DNA of 64,000 bases from a virus, in the IMG/VR virus record IMGVR_UViG_3300027963_000066, positions 1 through 64,000 of that record. The stretch is one strand, 5' to 3'. This document shows positions 1 to 9,606 of this stretch, in pieces. Below the pieces are notes generated by a model. It did not search any database. It was given only the letters and a program-made list of their open reading frames with translations, and was not told the DNA's origin. The position numbers and the translations under genes are program-made. The stretch's first letter is position 1. Every line of letters starts with the position of its first letter.

Positions 1-130
1 ATAAGATTGGAAATACTACCATGTCCATGGTACATATCACCATATACATCCAACCCATCATTGGACGCCATTTTGAATTCATCCAATCTTCTTTTTTTGT
101 TTCGCTTACGCTTTTAACTTCTTCTGCCAT
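1..130 (-). CDS. Holin-like membrane protein (N-terminal part; runs off window)
   Basis: Reads MAEEVKSVSETKKEDWMNSKWRPMMGWMYMVICTMDMVVFPIL after a GGAG RBS and a TAAATA motif; hydrophobic segment; adjacent to endolysin. Confidence 0.55.
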   Translation of the reverse strand, partial: MAEEVKSVSETKKEDWMNSKWRPMMGWMYMVICTMDMVVFPIL

Positions 131-161
131 TGTGTGCTCCGTTTAGTGTTAACGATATTTA

Positions 162-725
162 TTAGAACCAAAGAAATAAACCGTTTAGGCTTAGTAAAAT
201 GCCAACGCCTGCTACAGCAAAACTTCCCCAGAACATGGCCATACTAACAGCTAAAATACTTGCTGATAGAACAACAATGGCTAACTGGTAAGCAGTGCTA
301 GCATATCCAATCCACGGACTAGATTTCTTAGCCTCTTCACGAACTGCTTCTAGTTCTCTTGCTTTAACAGCAAGTTCTTTCTTGTCTGCATCCATGCGCT
401 CTTTCTCAGCTTGGAATTCTGCTTTTAGTTTTGGATCAGTTGAGGTCTTAGCCGCAATTTCGTAAGTGACACCACGACCTGCCTTGGCTTGGTATTGTGC
501 CCAGGTGTTATTAGCACCTAGTGTATTGTTTAATACTGTGCTACCTAACTTGCCACCGTACCATGCATTAACGGCTAACAACAATGCAAATACAGAAATA
601 ACCATACCTGCTTTGTCTTTTAGTTTAGCTTCACGCTCCGAACGTGATCCGACCGGCGGCTTAGGTGCATCCGGATCTTTAGGTTGTTTGTTTACTAAAT
701 TTAATACTGAATCTATTAATGCCAT
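162..725 (-). CDS. Membrane protein with coiled coil (DUF4337-like)
   Basis: 3 TM segments, WAQYQAK motif, in lysis region. Confidence 0.55.
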   Translation of the reverse strand: MALIDSVLNLVNKQPKDPDAPKPPVGSRSEREAKLKDKAGMVISVFALLLAVNAWYGGKLGSTVLNNTLGANNTWAQYQAKAGRGVTYEIAAKTSTDPKLKAEFQAEKERMDADKKELAVKARELEAVREEAKKSSPWIGYASTAYQLAIVVLSASILAVSMAMFWGSFAVAGVGILLSLNGLFLWF

Positions 726-726
726 G

Positions 727-1350
727 TTATGCTCCTAAAACATGTAGTGCATGTTCGTAATGCTTTTTACGATCTTCTAAACCAATGGTACCTCCGTTGA
801 TACGTTTGGTCATTGTTAAAATATCACCGCTGTCGGCATATTGATTTAGGTTATTGCTTTCCCAAAACCAACAGGCTGATTGTACGGCCCCTTCAAAAGT
901 AGCCAAATATTCTGGCAAATCTTCTACAGGTGTTTCAATGCTGTCAGCAAAGTTCTGATAGTTTTGTTTGCCTGTAAGTTGAATAAGTCCACGGCCACAA
1001 TAACGATATCCGTCACCGCTATGCTCGTCACCGTTGCCCATACGTCCACCGTATACACGATTGGCAATCATTTCTGCTTTGCCTGCATATGCATTGGCAA
1101 TTTCGTCATTGGGGAAATATTTAGGAAATACCTTACGTAGTGTTACAGCACGATAGTTTAGATTTTCTTTCAGTGCCCTAAACCCGCCACTTTCGTGAGC
1201 ACACTGAGCAATAAAAGCCGCTACACGATGCGGGGTGTTGATATCATAATCAGGTAATGCTTGTTCTAATGCATGGTACCAGTAATCAATATATGGATTA
1301 CCTGGTAATAATTGTTTTAATTGTTCTTTTGATAAAATAAAATTTGACAT
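727..1350 (-). CDS. Glycoside hydrolase family 19 endolysin
   Basis: AAFIAQCAHESGGF, ENLNY, YCGRGLIQLTG, TKRINGG motifs. Confidence 0.9.
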   Translation of the reverse strand: MSNFILSKEQLKQLLPGNPYIDYWYHALEQALPDYDINTPHRVAAFIAQCAHESGGFRALKENLNYRAVTLRKVFPKYFPNDEIANAYAGKAEMIANRVYGGRMGNGDEHSGDGYRYCGRGLIQLTGKQNYQNFADSIETPVEDLPEYLATFEGAVQSACWFWESNNLNQYADSGDILTMTKRINGGTIGLEDRKKHYEHALHVLGA

Positions 1351-1360
1351 TTTGCCCCCG

Positions 1361-1621
1361 TTATGCTAGTGTGGCTAAATTTATTAAGCCGTTTATGGCA
1401 ACATTCATGTGCTCCATGATTTCCATGTTGTCCATGTTTTTATTGATATTGTTTGTTCTTGCAATATCTTCCATTAGTGCTAGATATTCGTCTCGACTAA
1501 TCTGACCTGTTTTAAACAGTTCAGTATAATGATTAGCTGTTTGTGCGGCCCCTTGCACAGCCGAATCCTGACTTGAATTAAAACTGGTTAATAATGCCTG
1601 TTGGTATTGTTCTACGCTCAT
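1361..1621 (-). CDS. Hypothetical protein
   Basis: ORF tightly coupled in operon. Confidence 0.6.
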   Translation of the reverse strand: MSVEQYQQALLTSFNSSQDSAVQGAAQTANHYTELFKTGQISRDEYLALMEDIARTNNINKNMDNMEIMEHMNVAINGLINLATLA

Positions 1622-2025
1622 CTTGGTCTCCCTGCAATTACGGTCTGCATTTTATTTGCAGATTTTTCCAATGTTTCAAATTTAATTTTGCAAAATGCAG
1701 GACTAACTCTATCGGATTTGTTATACTGATCGGCTAGTCCTCGAGCAATAGCATGTAGATCCTTTGATGATTCTACAAGTTCTTTGTTTCTTGGTATATG
1801 TTCGCTATACATGGCAAATAATTGAGTATCGTATGCTATTTTATTTGCGTTAGCTTTGCTGGCTATTTGATCGTCGCAGTCATTTTTATATGTTAGAGCT
1901 TGTGATCTAACATCAGTGATTAGTTTGTATTCGTTAGGATCATAATGAGTCATTAGATATGCGTCTAATAAACTACATCCTGACAAACTTAACATAACAA
2001 TAGTGGCTATTAATAATTTTTTCAT
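1618..2025 (-). CDS. Lipoprotein
   Basis: Signal peptide with LSGC lipobox. Confidence 0.65.
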   Translation of the reverse strand: MKKLLIATIVMLSLSGCSLLDAYLMTHYDPNEYKLITDVRSQALTYKNDCDDQIASKANANKIAYDTQLFAMYSEHIPRNKELVESSKDLHAIARGLADQYNKSDRVSPAFCKIKFETLEKSANKMQTVIAGRPR

Positions 2026-2026
2026 G

Positions 2027-2302
2027 TTATTTTATCTTATCAAAAATTGATTTTTGTGTTTTGTACCACACAATCCAGTCATCTACTTTTAGTCTGCATT
2101 CGTGATACTCTGCATAGTTATCTGTAACCACAGAAATTACTTCACTTAGCTTGGTAGTTTTAGGATCTACTTCTTTTAAGTCCGGGCATGCTTCTAACAA
2201 TTCTGCAGGAACGTTGGGAAATTTTACAGCCACGGGAACAGCACCGTCTTCACATCCTGTTAACATTGCTAAAGGAATTAATACTGCTATCAATCTTTTC
2301 AT
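2027..2302 (-). CDS. Outer-membrane spanin (Rz1-like lipoprotein)
   Basis: LTGC lipobox, Pro-rich, PAELLEACP; follows i-spanin-like gene. Confidence 0.65.
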   Translation of the reverse strand: MKRLIAVLIPLAMLTGCEDGAVPVAVKFPNVPAELLEACPDLKEVDPKTTKLSEVISVVTDNYAEYHECRLKVDDWIVWYKTQKSIFDKIK

Positions 2303-2790
2303 TTCTTACCTCCGTCAGTTACTTCTACATTAACTGTTCCATTTCTAAGAGGATTTTTAGCAGATTGATTGAGAATGGTTATGGCTTCTGGTGCTATTTT
2401 ACATTCGGCATCAATGATTTTTTCTTTCTCAACAATCTGTTCTTTGACTGTTATAGCATATTCTCTAATAACTTTTTGTTTTTTCTTGTGTTCTTTTTCT
2501 AATGCTAGATTAGCAGTGTTACTTTCTGCTTGGGCCTGTGCAACTTTTGCTTCGGCTTCTTTTAATTTTTCTTCCCAGGCATGCTGTACATCTCGGCCAC
2601 CTTTGACCCACACAGTTCCAATGATGATTAAAATGCTTAGTATTCTAAGAGGAGTATTATATTGATTGATGAATGGAATTCTTTTTAAGATATATGAAGC
2701 AACAACACCAACTATGCCTGATATAAGAAGTAAATGAAATACCCAATCTGGTAGTAGATTAAGTATCCATGTTATTTGCCACATTACCAA
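2299..2790 (-). CDS. Inner-membrane spanin (Rz-like)
   Basis: N-terminal TM helices followed by coiled coil and a C-terminal Cys. Confidence 0.6.
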   Translation of the reverse strand: MVMWQITWILNLLPDWVFHLLLISGIVGVVASYILKRIPFINQYNTPLRILSILIIIGTVWVKGGRDVQHAWEEKLKEAEAKVAQAQAESNTANLALEKEHKKKQKVIREYAITVKEQIVEKEKIIDAECKIAPEAITILNQSAKNPLRNGTVNVEVTDGGKK

Positions 2791-3575
2791 CGATCCTTTT
2801 CAATGACTATTGCCTTTGATCCATTTCTAATTAAAAACTTATTTCCGATTTTATTAATGTCGTAATTGCCTAGATATTTTGCCAAGAAAAACATTTGGCT
2901 TTGACTAGATTCATCAAGACTTAGTTTCCCTGGGACAGTATTTTTAACATCGTCGTAGTCACCGATAGCAATGAACTTAGCCTGGACATCACCTGCATAT
3001 GGGCGTTTGAATGTTAGTGTGTTATCTGCCTCGAGCGTGACATCAGTTGCTCCCTGATCAAAGAAATCCTTAACATCTGCTGTTTTAATTTCTAAAATTT
3101 TACCTTCGTATTCTTGTGGAGTAGTAGGAACATGTTCCATAACTGATTTTTCATCAAACTCAATACTGGTAGGAGCTTTTTGATACCTAAATCTCCAGTC
3201 ATAGCATCCGCATAGTTGCCCCACTCCGTTTAACAATTCTCTCAGTTGTCCGGGAATATTAGGAGTGCGTTCCATTTCTACAAACACTTGGTATTGTCCG
3301 TCGTGCTCTTCACCTGCGCTCATGTCGGCATCGAGGATAAATTTATAACCTTTTTCAATGAACTCTACTAGGTCCATTGCGGGATATTTTTCTTTGACAC
3401 GGAATCCAAGAACCACAATATCTCGGTCCTCGCCCATTTTGCTCTTATATTGATCTATGGTGAATATGTCATTAACATAATCTTTAAGATCGCCTGAACG
3501 TAGCCCTTCGGCAAGAATTTTTTTATGCTGGTAGCTGTTCATCTGCGGGATTCTCCTGGGCAATTTCGTCGGCAC
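2784..3575 (-). CDS. Hypothetical phage protein (true start probably downstream, near 3542)
   Basis: Long ORF in operon. Confidence 0.65.
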   Translation of the reverse strand: MPTKLPRRIPQMNSYQHKKILAEGLRSGDLKDYVNDIFTIDQYKSKMGEDRDIVVLGFRVKEKYPAMDLVEFIEKGYKFILDADMSAGEEHDGQYQVFVEMERTPNIPGQLRELLNGVGQLCGCYDWRFRYQKAPTSIEFDEKSVMEHVPTTPQEYEGKILEIKTADVKDFFDQGATDVTLEADNTLTFKRPYAGDVQAKFIAIGDYDDVKNTVPGKLSLDESSQSQMFFLAKYLGNYDINKIGNKFLIRNGSKAIVIEKDRW

Positions 3576-4047
3576 TCATAGCTTGATTGTTATATCTCAT
3601 AAGTTCGGCCATTTGGTTATTCTCTTTATTTTCTTTGCCCACATACACATCTTGCATGAGCTTTTTAGGCATTTCTATTGTGACGGTCCAAATAGGATGG
3701 GCATCAATTTTACCTTTTTTGGTACCTGGCCTATAGTCGCCCGGCTCTTTGATTTTCCTTGGAATTAAAATATGCTCTTTGCTGTAGACCACTTTACATC
3801 CATAATCGCCTAGTCGTTTGCCTCCTTGAGGATCGGGCATTTCTTTTTCGTCCCACATCCATTTGCACTTAACTGAATAGCGGCTAACATCAGGTCCTTG
3901 TATCAATTCGCCTTCGTCCCAGTTTTTAAAAACATAGACATCTAGTTCGTCAAGGACTCTTTCAAAATCCTTTAGCACTTGGAATGCACTATTGTTTTCG
4001 CTCAGTGTTTGAAGATTTTTAATTACATCAATAATATCGTGGTGCAT
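3523..4047 (-). CDS. Hypothetical phage protein
   Basis: ORF with RBS and upstream TAAATA motif. Confidence 0.65.
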   Translation of the reverse strand: MHHDIIDVIKNLQTLSENNSAFQVLKDFERVLDELDVYVFKNWDEGELIQGPDVSRYSVKCKWMWDEKEMPDPQGGKRLGDYGCKVVYSKEHILIPRKIKEPGDYRPGTKKGKIDAHPIWTVTIEMPKKLMQDVYVGKENKENNQMAELMRYNNQAMSADEIAQENPADEQLPA

Positions 4048-4190
4048 AATGGCTCTCTTTATTATTATTTATGACTAAATTAATTCAAATGCAGTTATGC
4101 TAACAGCTTTCGTTTTGTGGCTCTTTTAATGTGTTTTTTTGGATTACCTGTAAATATCTACGCAGGTCGATCTTCACCAAGGAGGTAAAA

Positions 4191-4949
4191 TTGCCCAAAG
4201 CTAGAAGACGCGAAAGAGATCCTGGAACACAGCGCGATGTTCGATTCCCACAGGATTCAAATAACTTGATTCAAATCAAGCCTTATCTTAAAAGAAACAA
4301 GCAGGTTCTTATAGTTCCCCGTAATATATCACAGGAAAACTACCTAGAATTGCTTAAAAACCCCAAAAAATTCATTGTTTTTGCTATCGGACCAGCCGGA
4401 ACAGGCAAAACTATGTTGGGTGTTCAAATGGCCATTAAACTATATAAAGAGGGGGTGATTAGTAAAATTATTATCACAAGGCCAGCGGTTAGTGTGGATG
4501 AAGAACACGGGTTTTTGCCAGGCACATTAAATCAAAAAATGGAGCCGTGGACAAGACCTATTATGGATGTGTTTGAGGAATACTATCATCCTCGTGAAAT
4601 AACAGAAATGTTAGATGACGGTGTTATCGAAATAAGCCCGCTGGCTTATATGAGGGGTAGAACATTCAAGAATGCTTTTGTCATTGCTGACGAAATGCAG
4701 AATGCAACGCCGAGTCAAATGAAAATGTTACTTACTCGTATTGGTGAAAACAGCCGTATGGTAGTAACTGGAGACCTGAACCAGGCAGATCGTCCTCAAG
4801 AAAACGGATTGCTAGAATTCTGCTCATTGTACGGCCAAGGAGGTGATTATCGTATGATAGCTATGGCAAGGTTCGAGGCACGAGATGTAGAACGTCATCC
4901 CGTGGTAAAAGAAATCTTAAAAATTTACAAAGAAGATTCTAAAGATTGA
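4191..4949 (+). CDS. phoH: PhoH family ATPase
   Basis: GPAGTGKT Walker A, RPAV, LPG, AYMRGRT, DEMQN, GDLNQAD; likely TTG start at 4191 after GGAGG. Confidence 0.93.
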   Translation: MPKARRRERDPGTQRDVRFPQDSNNLIQIKPYLKRNKQVLIVPRNISQENYLELLKNPKKFIVFAIGPAGTGKTMLGVQMAIKLYKEGVISKIIITRPAVSVDEEHGFLPGTLNQKMEPWTRPIMDVFEEYYHPREITEMLDDGVIEISPLAYMRGRTFKNAFVIADEMQNATPSQMKMLLTRIGENSRMVVTGDLNQADRPQENGLLEFCSLYGQGGDYRMIAMARFEARDVERHPVVKEILKIYKEDSKD

Positions 4950-4967
4950 TCTAACCTAGTTCAACCT

Positions 4968-5014
4968 AAACCGCATAGTAATCGACCTGCAATCGACTAT
5001 GCGGTTTATTTTTT
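4968..5014. terminator. Hairpin between convergent phoH and ferredoxin genes (probable bidirectional terminator)
   Basis: aaaccgcatagt...actatgcggttt inverted repeat followed by a T-run. Confidence 0.6.
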
Positions 5015-5275
5015 GGCCAACGGTTCTTTACGCTGTGTAATAATAGGCCAGTCTAGGTGTTGATTGGCAAAATCTAACCAACCTTCTACCCTGGTGTCAT
5101 CGTCTTGTACAATGGCATCAACTGGGCATGCTGGAATGCAGACTCCACAGTCAATGCATTCGTCGGGATCGATAATTAAAAAATTAGGACCTTCTTTAAA
5201 GCAATCAACAGGGCATACTACTACGCAGTCTGTATACTTGCAGTCCTGGCAAGCGCCAGTAACAACATGTGTCAT
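5006..5275 (-). CDS. fdxA: 7Fe ferredoxin (FdxA-like)
   Basis: [17 protein letters not shown] and [12 protein letters not shown] cluster motifs. Confidence 0.9.
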   Translation of the reverse strand: MTHVVTGACQDCKYTDCVVVCPVDCFKEGPNFLIIDPDECIDCGVCIPACPVDAIVQDDDTRVEGWLDFANQHLDWPIITQRKEPLAKK

Positions 5276-6195
5276 TGGATTCTCGCTAGTTTAACCAACG
5301 TGGCGGCTAAATTAATCTCTGGGTCGGCAATAAGAGTGTGATCTACCAGACCTTGTTTAATGATTAGCAATGCAGAATCTTTTTGTTCTTCTGATTCACC
5401 AAACAGATCTAAATTTTGATACATCCATGTATAAATTTCTTCAATCTCTTCAGGGCGAACTCGGCCGCATAGCAGTTTACGTGCTTCTTGGATCCGGCCT
5501 TTCTTGAATAACTCGACCATTTCAATTTTGTAATCACTGGCCGCATCGTCCCCGGCAGTGGGTGCAGACAATTTGTTTTCGTCTGTGACATTTTGCTGTA
5601 CCATATTGATACATTTGCGCAGATCTGGATATGTAAGTTTAACATATGTGTCTAACGTATCGAGATCAAAATCTACACCTTCTGTTACCAAAATCGTAGC
5701 AACACGGGCAGTGAATTCTGTTTGATCAGTCTTTTCGACATGGAAGCCTTGGCAACGACTATGTAGTGCAGGAATAATCTTGTTAGGATAGTTGCAGGTT
5801 AGGATGAATCGACTTGTACTAGAATAGGTTTCCATCAATCCACGTAGGATAGCCTGTGCATTCAATGTCAAATAATCTGACTCATCTAACAACACAACTT
5901 TGAATGGCCCAAACGGAATCATCTGAACAAAATTTGTAATCTTGTCTCGGATAACGTCTACACTATTTTCACGTGACGCATTTATTTCTAATACGTCATA
6001 ATCTTCAATACCTAGCTCGTGTAGCAATACTTTTGCCAATGTAGTTTTACCAATGCCGGCAGATCCGCTGAACAACAAGTGGGGAATGCTACCTTCTTTA
6101 ATCCAAGATTTGACCTGTCGTTTCTGTGCCTCATCTTTGAACACATACTCGTCAATAGTATTAGGACGATATTTTTCTACCCATAATTCTTTCAT
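5272..6195 (-). CDS. Sliding clamp loader subunit (RFC small/T4 gp44-like)
   Basis: [30 protein letters not shown] motifs. Confidence 0.92.
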   Translation of the reverse strand: MKELWVEKYRPNTIDEYVFKDEAQKRQVKSWIKEGSIPHLLFSGSAGIGKTTLAKVLLHELGIEDYDVLEINASRENSVDVIRDKITNFVQMIPFGPFKVVLLDESDYLTLNAQAILRGLMETYSSTSRFILTCNYPNKIIPALHSRCQGFHVEKTDQTEFTARVATILVTEGVDFDLDTLDTYVKLTYPDLRKCINMVQQNVTDENKLSAPTAGDDAASDYKIEMVELFKKGRIQEARKLLCGRVRPEEIEEIYTWMYQNLDLFGESEEQKDSALLIIKQGLVDHTLIADPEINLAATLVKLARIQ

Positions 6196-6410
6196 ACAAT
6201 TTTCCCTAGTCCTAGCCAGATCAATCGATCTAACTCTTGTTGATAATCTTTGCCCAATCTACGCTTTTCATAAATTGATTGTAAAACTTCTGTGCCGTTA
6301 CCATAGTCTATAGTACCAGTACCTCGGCGTTCTAATTCTTCAATTAGCTCGTCAGTATCAAAATCTTCTAAATCAATTTCAATTTCAACTTCTTTATACA
6401 CTAGTGGCAT
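6192..6410 (-). CDS. Hypothetical protein
   Basis: Coupled ORF. Confidence 0.6.
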   Translation of the reverse strand: MPLVYKEVEIEIDLEDFDTDELIEELERRGTGTIDYGNGTEVLQSIYEKRRLGKDYQQELDRLIWLGLGKIV

Positions 6411-6661
6411 TATACAATCTCCTCAACAACGCCTAAAATTTCTGCTAAGATTAGCAACCATCCACATACTGCCAGAGATCCCATAATTAGTCCAGCACCT
6501 GCCGCAATGCGTACAGCACTCTTACAAACACTAACATAAAAATGTCCCCGGCTGGTATCTTTAGGTTGAATATTAATCATAGGTGGGTGATGCGGGCATC
6601 TTCCTTGTTTATAGTCGCATTCCGGACTGTATTCTTTACCACAGGTTGTACATTTATCCAC
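6410..6661 (-). CDS. Small Cys-rich membrane protein
   Basis: CxxC N-terminus, C-terminal hydrophobic segment. Confidence 0.55.
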   Translation of the reverse strand: MDKCTTCGKEYSPECDYKQGRCPHHPPMINIQPKDTSRGHFYVSVCKSAVRIAAGAGLIMGSLAVCGWLLILAEILGVVEEIV

Positions 6662-6944
6662 GCAGTGACTCCATGGTAATAATCTTGCTTAGACTTTCGC
6701 CGAGGTCTTGATCATGACCAACAATGTGTAGTTGTTGGAAACTGCGATCCTTTTGTCTGTCGTAGATATGAGTTTGCACCACAGTACCGCCATTTGCCCT
6801 GAAGATATTGAAACGAAGAGGCTCGCCATCTAGCTCGTGACTGTCTCTTGCAACAAGTGATCCTCTAGTAATCTTAGAGTTTACCTCGTTTACTTCGCGT
6901 CCTTCTTGGGTCCACTGCCACATCATTTTCTTAAACCATTTCAT
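6654..6944 (-). CDS. Hypothetical protein
   Basis: Coupled ORF. Confidence 0.6.
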   Translation of the reverse strand: MKWFKKMMWQWTQEGREVNEVNSKITRGSLVARDSHELDGEPLRFNIFRANGGTVVQTHIYDRQKDRSFQQLHIVGHDQDLGESLSKIITMESLRG

Positions 6945-7405
6945 TGTTTATTCCTTTCTGCTTCTGCTACACGCTTGCGTAGGCTACTTGAACTAAAACT
7001 ATGGTCTCTACTATTGTAGACAATTTCGATACCACGATCAACACAGATTTGCTTTCCTGTAAAGTCTTTGTCTGCATACTCTATACCTAATATTCTAACA
7101 TCAATAGGCAAGGTTAGCAAGATATCTTCGAGATCTTTTTCTGTTTGATACACAACTATTTCGTCCACATAACGAGTAGCACTGAGTGTGATCTGTCTCT
7201 CAACAATACTTTGAACTGGTGGATTTTTTGTATCCGGTCGATCAATGGTTGGATCTGTTTGTAGTCCGGCAATAAGATAATCGCAATGATTCTTAACCTC
7301 AGCCAACATGGCAATATGCCCCGCATGTAGTAGATCAAATGTAGAAAATACTATTCCTATTTTTTGTCCATCTAATTTAAGTTCTTTAATTTTATTGAAG
7401 ATCAT
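6941..7405 (-). CDS. Cytidylyltransferase (TagD/glycerol-3-phosphate CTase-like)
   Basis: STFDLLHAGH (HxGH) and RDHSFSSSSLR motifs. Confidence 0.85.
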   Translation of the reverse strand: MIFNKIKELKLDGQKIGIVFSTFDLLHAGHIAMLAEVKNHCDYLIAGLQTDPTIDRPDTKNPPVQSIVERQITLSATRYVDEIVVYQTEKDLEDILLTLPIDVRILGIEYADKDFTGKQICVDRGIEIVYNSRDHSFSSSSLRKRVAEAERNKQ

Positions 7406-7643
7406 CTTTACTTAGAATATCTATTATTCTTTTTTGTTCTTGTTCTCTGATCCATCCACGCTCTGTGTCCCCGAATGATGGACACTGCCGAATAGCATCG
7501 TCGAGTATATATTTTAATCTTAGAAGGTCTTGTTTTGCACCCCAGGCTATAAACCCGTCATTCAATGAATTACTGGCGTCTCTTTTAGCACCGTGAATTT
7601 CTCTAACGGCATTTTCAATGTTGTAACAATATTTAAACCCCAT
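7392..7643 (-). CDS. Hypothetical protein (probably leaderless)
   Basis: ATG at 7643 lies 5 nt after a sigma70 -10 box. Confidence 0.55.
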   Translation of the reverse strand: MGFKYCYNIENAVREIHGAKRDASNSLNDGFIAWGAKQDLLRLKYILDDAIRQCPSFGDTERGWIREQEQKRIIDILSKDDLQ

Positions 7644-7648
7644 GCTAC

Positions 7649-7677
7649 ATAATAACATGGGGTTTTTCAGTTGTCAA
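7649..7677 (-). promoter_or_regulatory. Sigma70-type early promoter
   Basis: TTGACA-N17-TATTAT. Confidence 0.7.
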
Positions 7678-7686
7678 CAATTTTGA

Positions 7687-8025
7687 TTAAATTGATCGAT
7701 AAATGTAATCAGCTGGCGGATCGTCTGCACTCAGCATGATAGCATCGCTATCTACCATTCGAACTTCTAAAATACTACCATCGGCTTGCTCAAATTCTAT
7801 TGTGCGTGTCCATCGACCGTGTTCGATCAAGATCCATTCGCCAATTGTAAGATCAGTCTGCTCTGGTCCAACGGCCCACACTTTGCCCCATCGTGGGCTA
7901 ATCCCGGCTGATTTGCCGTTAGCACTGGGGATAAAAATTCCAGTGGATGTTACTTGCTCGCCAAACTCCATATCACTAACAAAGATTTTGTCACGCAATG
8001 GTTTGATAGTTCCTGTTACTTTCAT
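7687..8025 (-). CDS. groES: Co-chaperonin GroES-like
   Basis: IKPLRDKI, TSTGIFIP, GKVWAVGP. Confidence 0.85.
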   Translation of the reverse strand: MKVTGTIKPLRDKIFVSDMEFGEQVTSTGIFIPSANGKSAGISPRWGKVWAVGPEQTDLTIGEWILIEHGRWTRTIEFEQADGSILEVRMVDSDAIMLSADDPPADYIYRSI

Positions 8026-8289
8026 TTATTCCTCTGACTGAGATTTTTTAGATTTTGATGCAGGCACGGCAGGTGGAGTATCTGCGGCCGGTGTAAAATA
8101 CTTGGCCTTGGGATTATTTTCGTAATATTCTGCAACAATTTCCTCACGCTTACGGATAATTTGACCACCTGGGCCGAGTTCATCTCCTCTTGCGTTGACT
8201 TTCATGTTTCCGATTGCAGGAACCAATTCATTTTGACTCATTAATTTTTCAAGATCAATTTCTCGACCTTGCATTGTTCTATGTACCAT
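8026..8289 (-). CDS. Hypothetical phage protein
   Basis: RBS; GNMKVNARGDELGPGG segment. Confidence 0.65.
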   Translation of the reverse strand: MVHRTMQGREIDLEKLMSQNELVPAIGNMKVNARGDELGPGGQIIRKREEIVAEYYENNPKAKYFTPAADTPPAVPASKSKKSQSEE

Positions 8290-8290
8290 T

Positions 8291-8812
8291 TTATTCTCCT
8301 TTTTTTAGAAATTCTTCAATATCTAAATTATATTTAATGCTGTCAATTTTATGCACACCTAATAGATAAAGCACATAACTTGCAACACTGCTACCACGCC
8401 CTACTCCCCAAACAACATTATTTTCACGCATGGTATCGACCAAGTATTTAAGATACTTTAATAGGTCGAGCATGTTATGCTGGATAAACAATTCGAGTTC
8501 TGTTACAACTCTTTGATATTCAGTTTCATTGGAAGTTTTATCTAAAAGAAAGCCCACAATTTCAAAATCGTAGTATTCTTTGGGCATAAACCAGTTACTT
8601 TGGTTAGCTTTATCAAATTCTATTATGTTTTCAAATTCTAAATCTTCTAACAGTCTAAGTTCAAAGATTTTGTCCGCATTTTTTTCTCGTGACTGATTAT
8701 ATTGAGTTACATCACAGTCAATAGTTACATTGTTTAAATTTTTACCTGAGTATAATGCGTCAAACGCTTCTTGCTCGGTAATTGAGACTCTGCCGTAATT
8801 ATCAGTTTTCAC
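8291..8812 (-). CDS. DNA polymerase III alpha (DnaE) NTPase/palm-region fragment
   Basis: RVVTELE...WGVGRGSSVASYVLYLLGVHKIDSIKYNL matches the DnaE GRGS motif region. Confidence 0.8.
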   Translation of the reverse strand: MKTDNYGRVSITEQEAFDALYSGKNLNNVTIDCDVTQYNQSREKNADKIFELRLLEDLEFENIIEFDKANQSNWFMPKEYYDFEIVGFLLDKTSNETEYQRVVTELELFIQHNMLDLLKYLKYLVDTMRENNVVWGVGRGSSVASYVLYLLGVHKIDSIKYNLDIEEFLKKGE

Positions 8813-9359
8813 TTAATCCGCCTTTGACCACTATTGGTGCAAATCGCGGAGAGTCTTTCAAGTTGAGATCTTGCCAACTGGTATGATCGTCTGTACCTGT
8901 GTTTACTGAATCCATATTCCACCAAAAATTTCCACGCAAGTCAACACCTATGTCGTTATCGTGAGTTATTGTGTATTGTACACGATCTCCAATAACGCTG
9001 TCAACAGTTAAATGATTGATATGAAAATATTTTTCCGAAATAGTCACAAGTTTTATATAAAGGATTGAAGCAAAAAAATAATCAAATGGTTCTACAGGCA
9101 ACAACACTAGGTTTGAATCAAGATTGACTAAGGATTTAACCAGAGGATTTTCTTGGCTCACCAAAATAGAATTGTTAAGATAAGTGTCGATGAAATATCT
9201 AATCTTTCTAAACCCTAAGTTAACATCGTTGATTTTAGGATCAGTGGGTTCGACACTGAGTTTAACAGTGTAATAATTTGGTAATACTAATTTTTCGGTA
9301 ACAAGTGTACAGGCAAATTCAGAAGGCCATACAAAATTATCTAGGTGCTCAGTCAACAT
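8802..9359 (-). CDS. Hypothetical protein
   Basis: Coupled ORF. Confidence 0.6.
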   Translation of the reverse strand: MLTEHLDNFVWPSEFACTLVTEKLVLPNYYTVKLSVEPTDPKINDVNLGFRKIRYFIDTYLNNSILVSQENPLVKSLVNLDSNLVLLPVEPFDYFFASILYIKLVTISEKYFHINHLTVDSVIGDRVQYTITHDNDIGVDLRGNFWWNMDSVNTGTDDHTSWQDLNLKDSPRFAPIVVKGGLSEN

Positions 9360-9606
9360 TTATTAAATCATCTAAATCTTTGTTTTGTTTTTTAACAATG
9401 GTCTTCATATTTTCAGCCTGTCTGCGCATCTGTTCGGACTTGTACATATCTAATGCTGTGATAATTTGAGAGCATGCTCCACCTTGACCCATGCTGGCGG
9501 CTATTCCGTACTTTCTACTAAGGTCAATAATTTTATTTTCTAAATCTTGATCTTTTAACTTTCTTGGATCGCCTAGCAAGGGATGAAACATCTTATACTC
9601 CGACAA
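9349..9606 (-). CDS. Hypothetical protein
   Basis: Coupled ORF. Confidence 0.6.
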   Translation of the reverse strand: MSEYKMFHPLLGDPRKLKDQDLENKIIDLSRKYGIAASMGQGGACSQIITALDMYKSEQMRRQAENMKTIVKKQNKDLDDLINVD

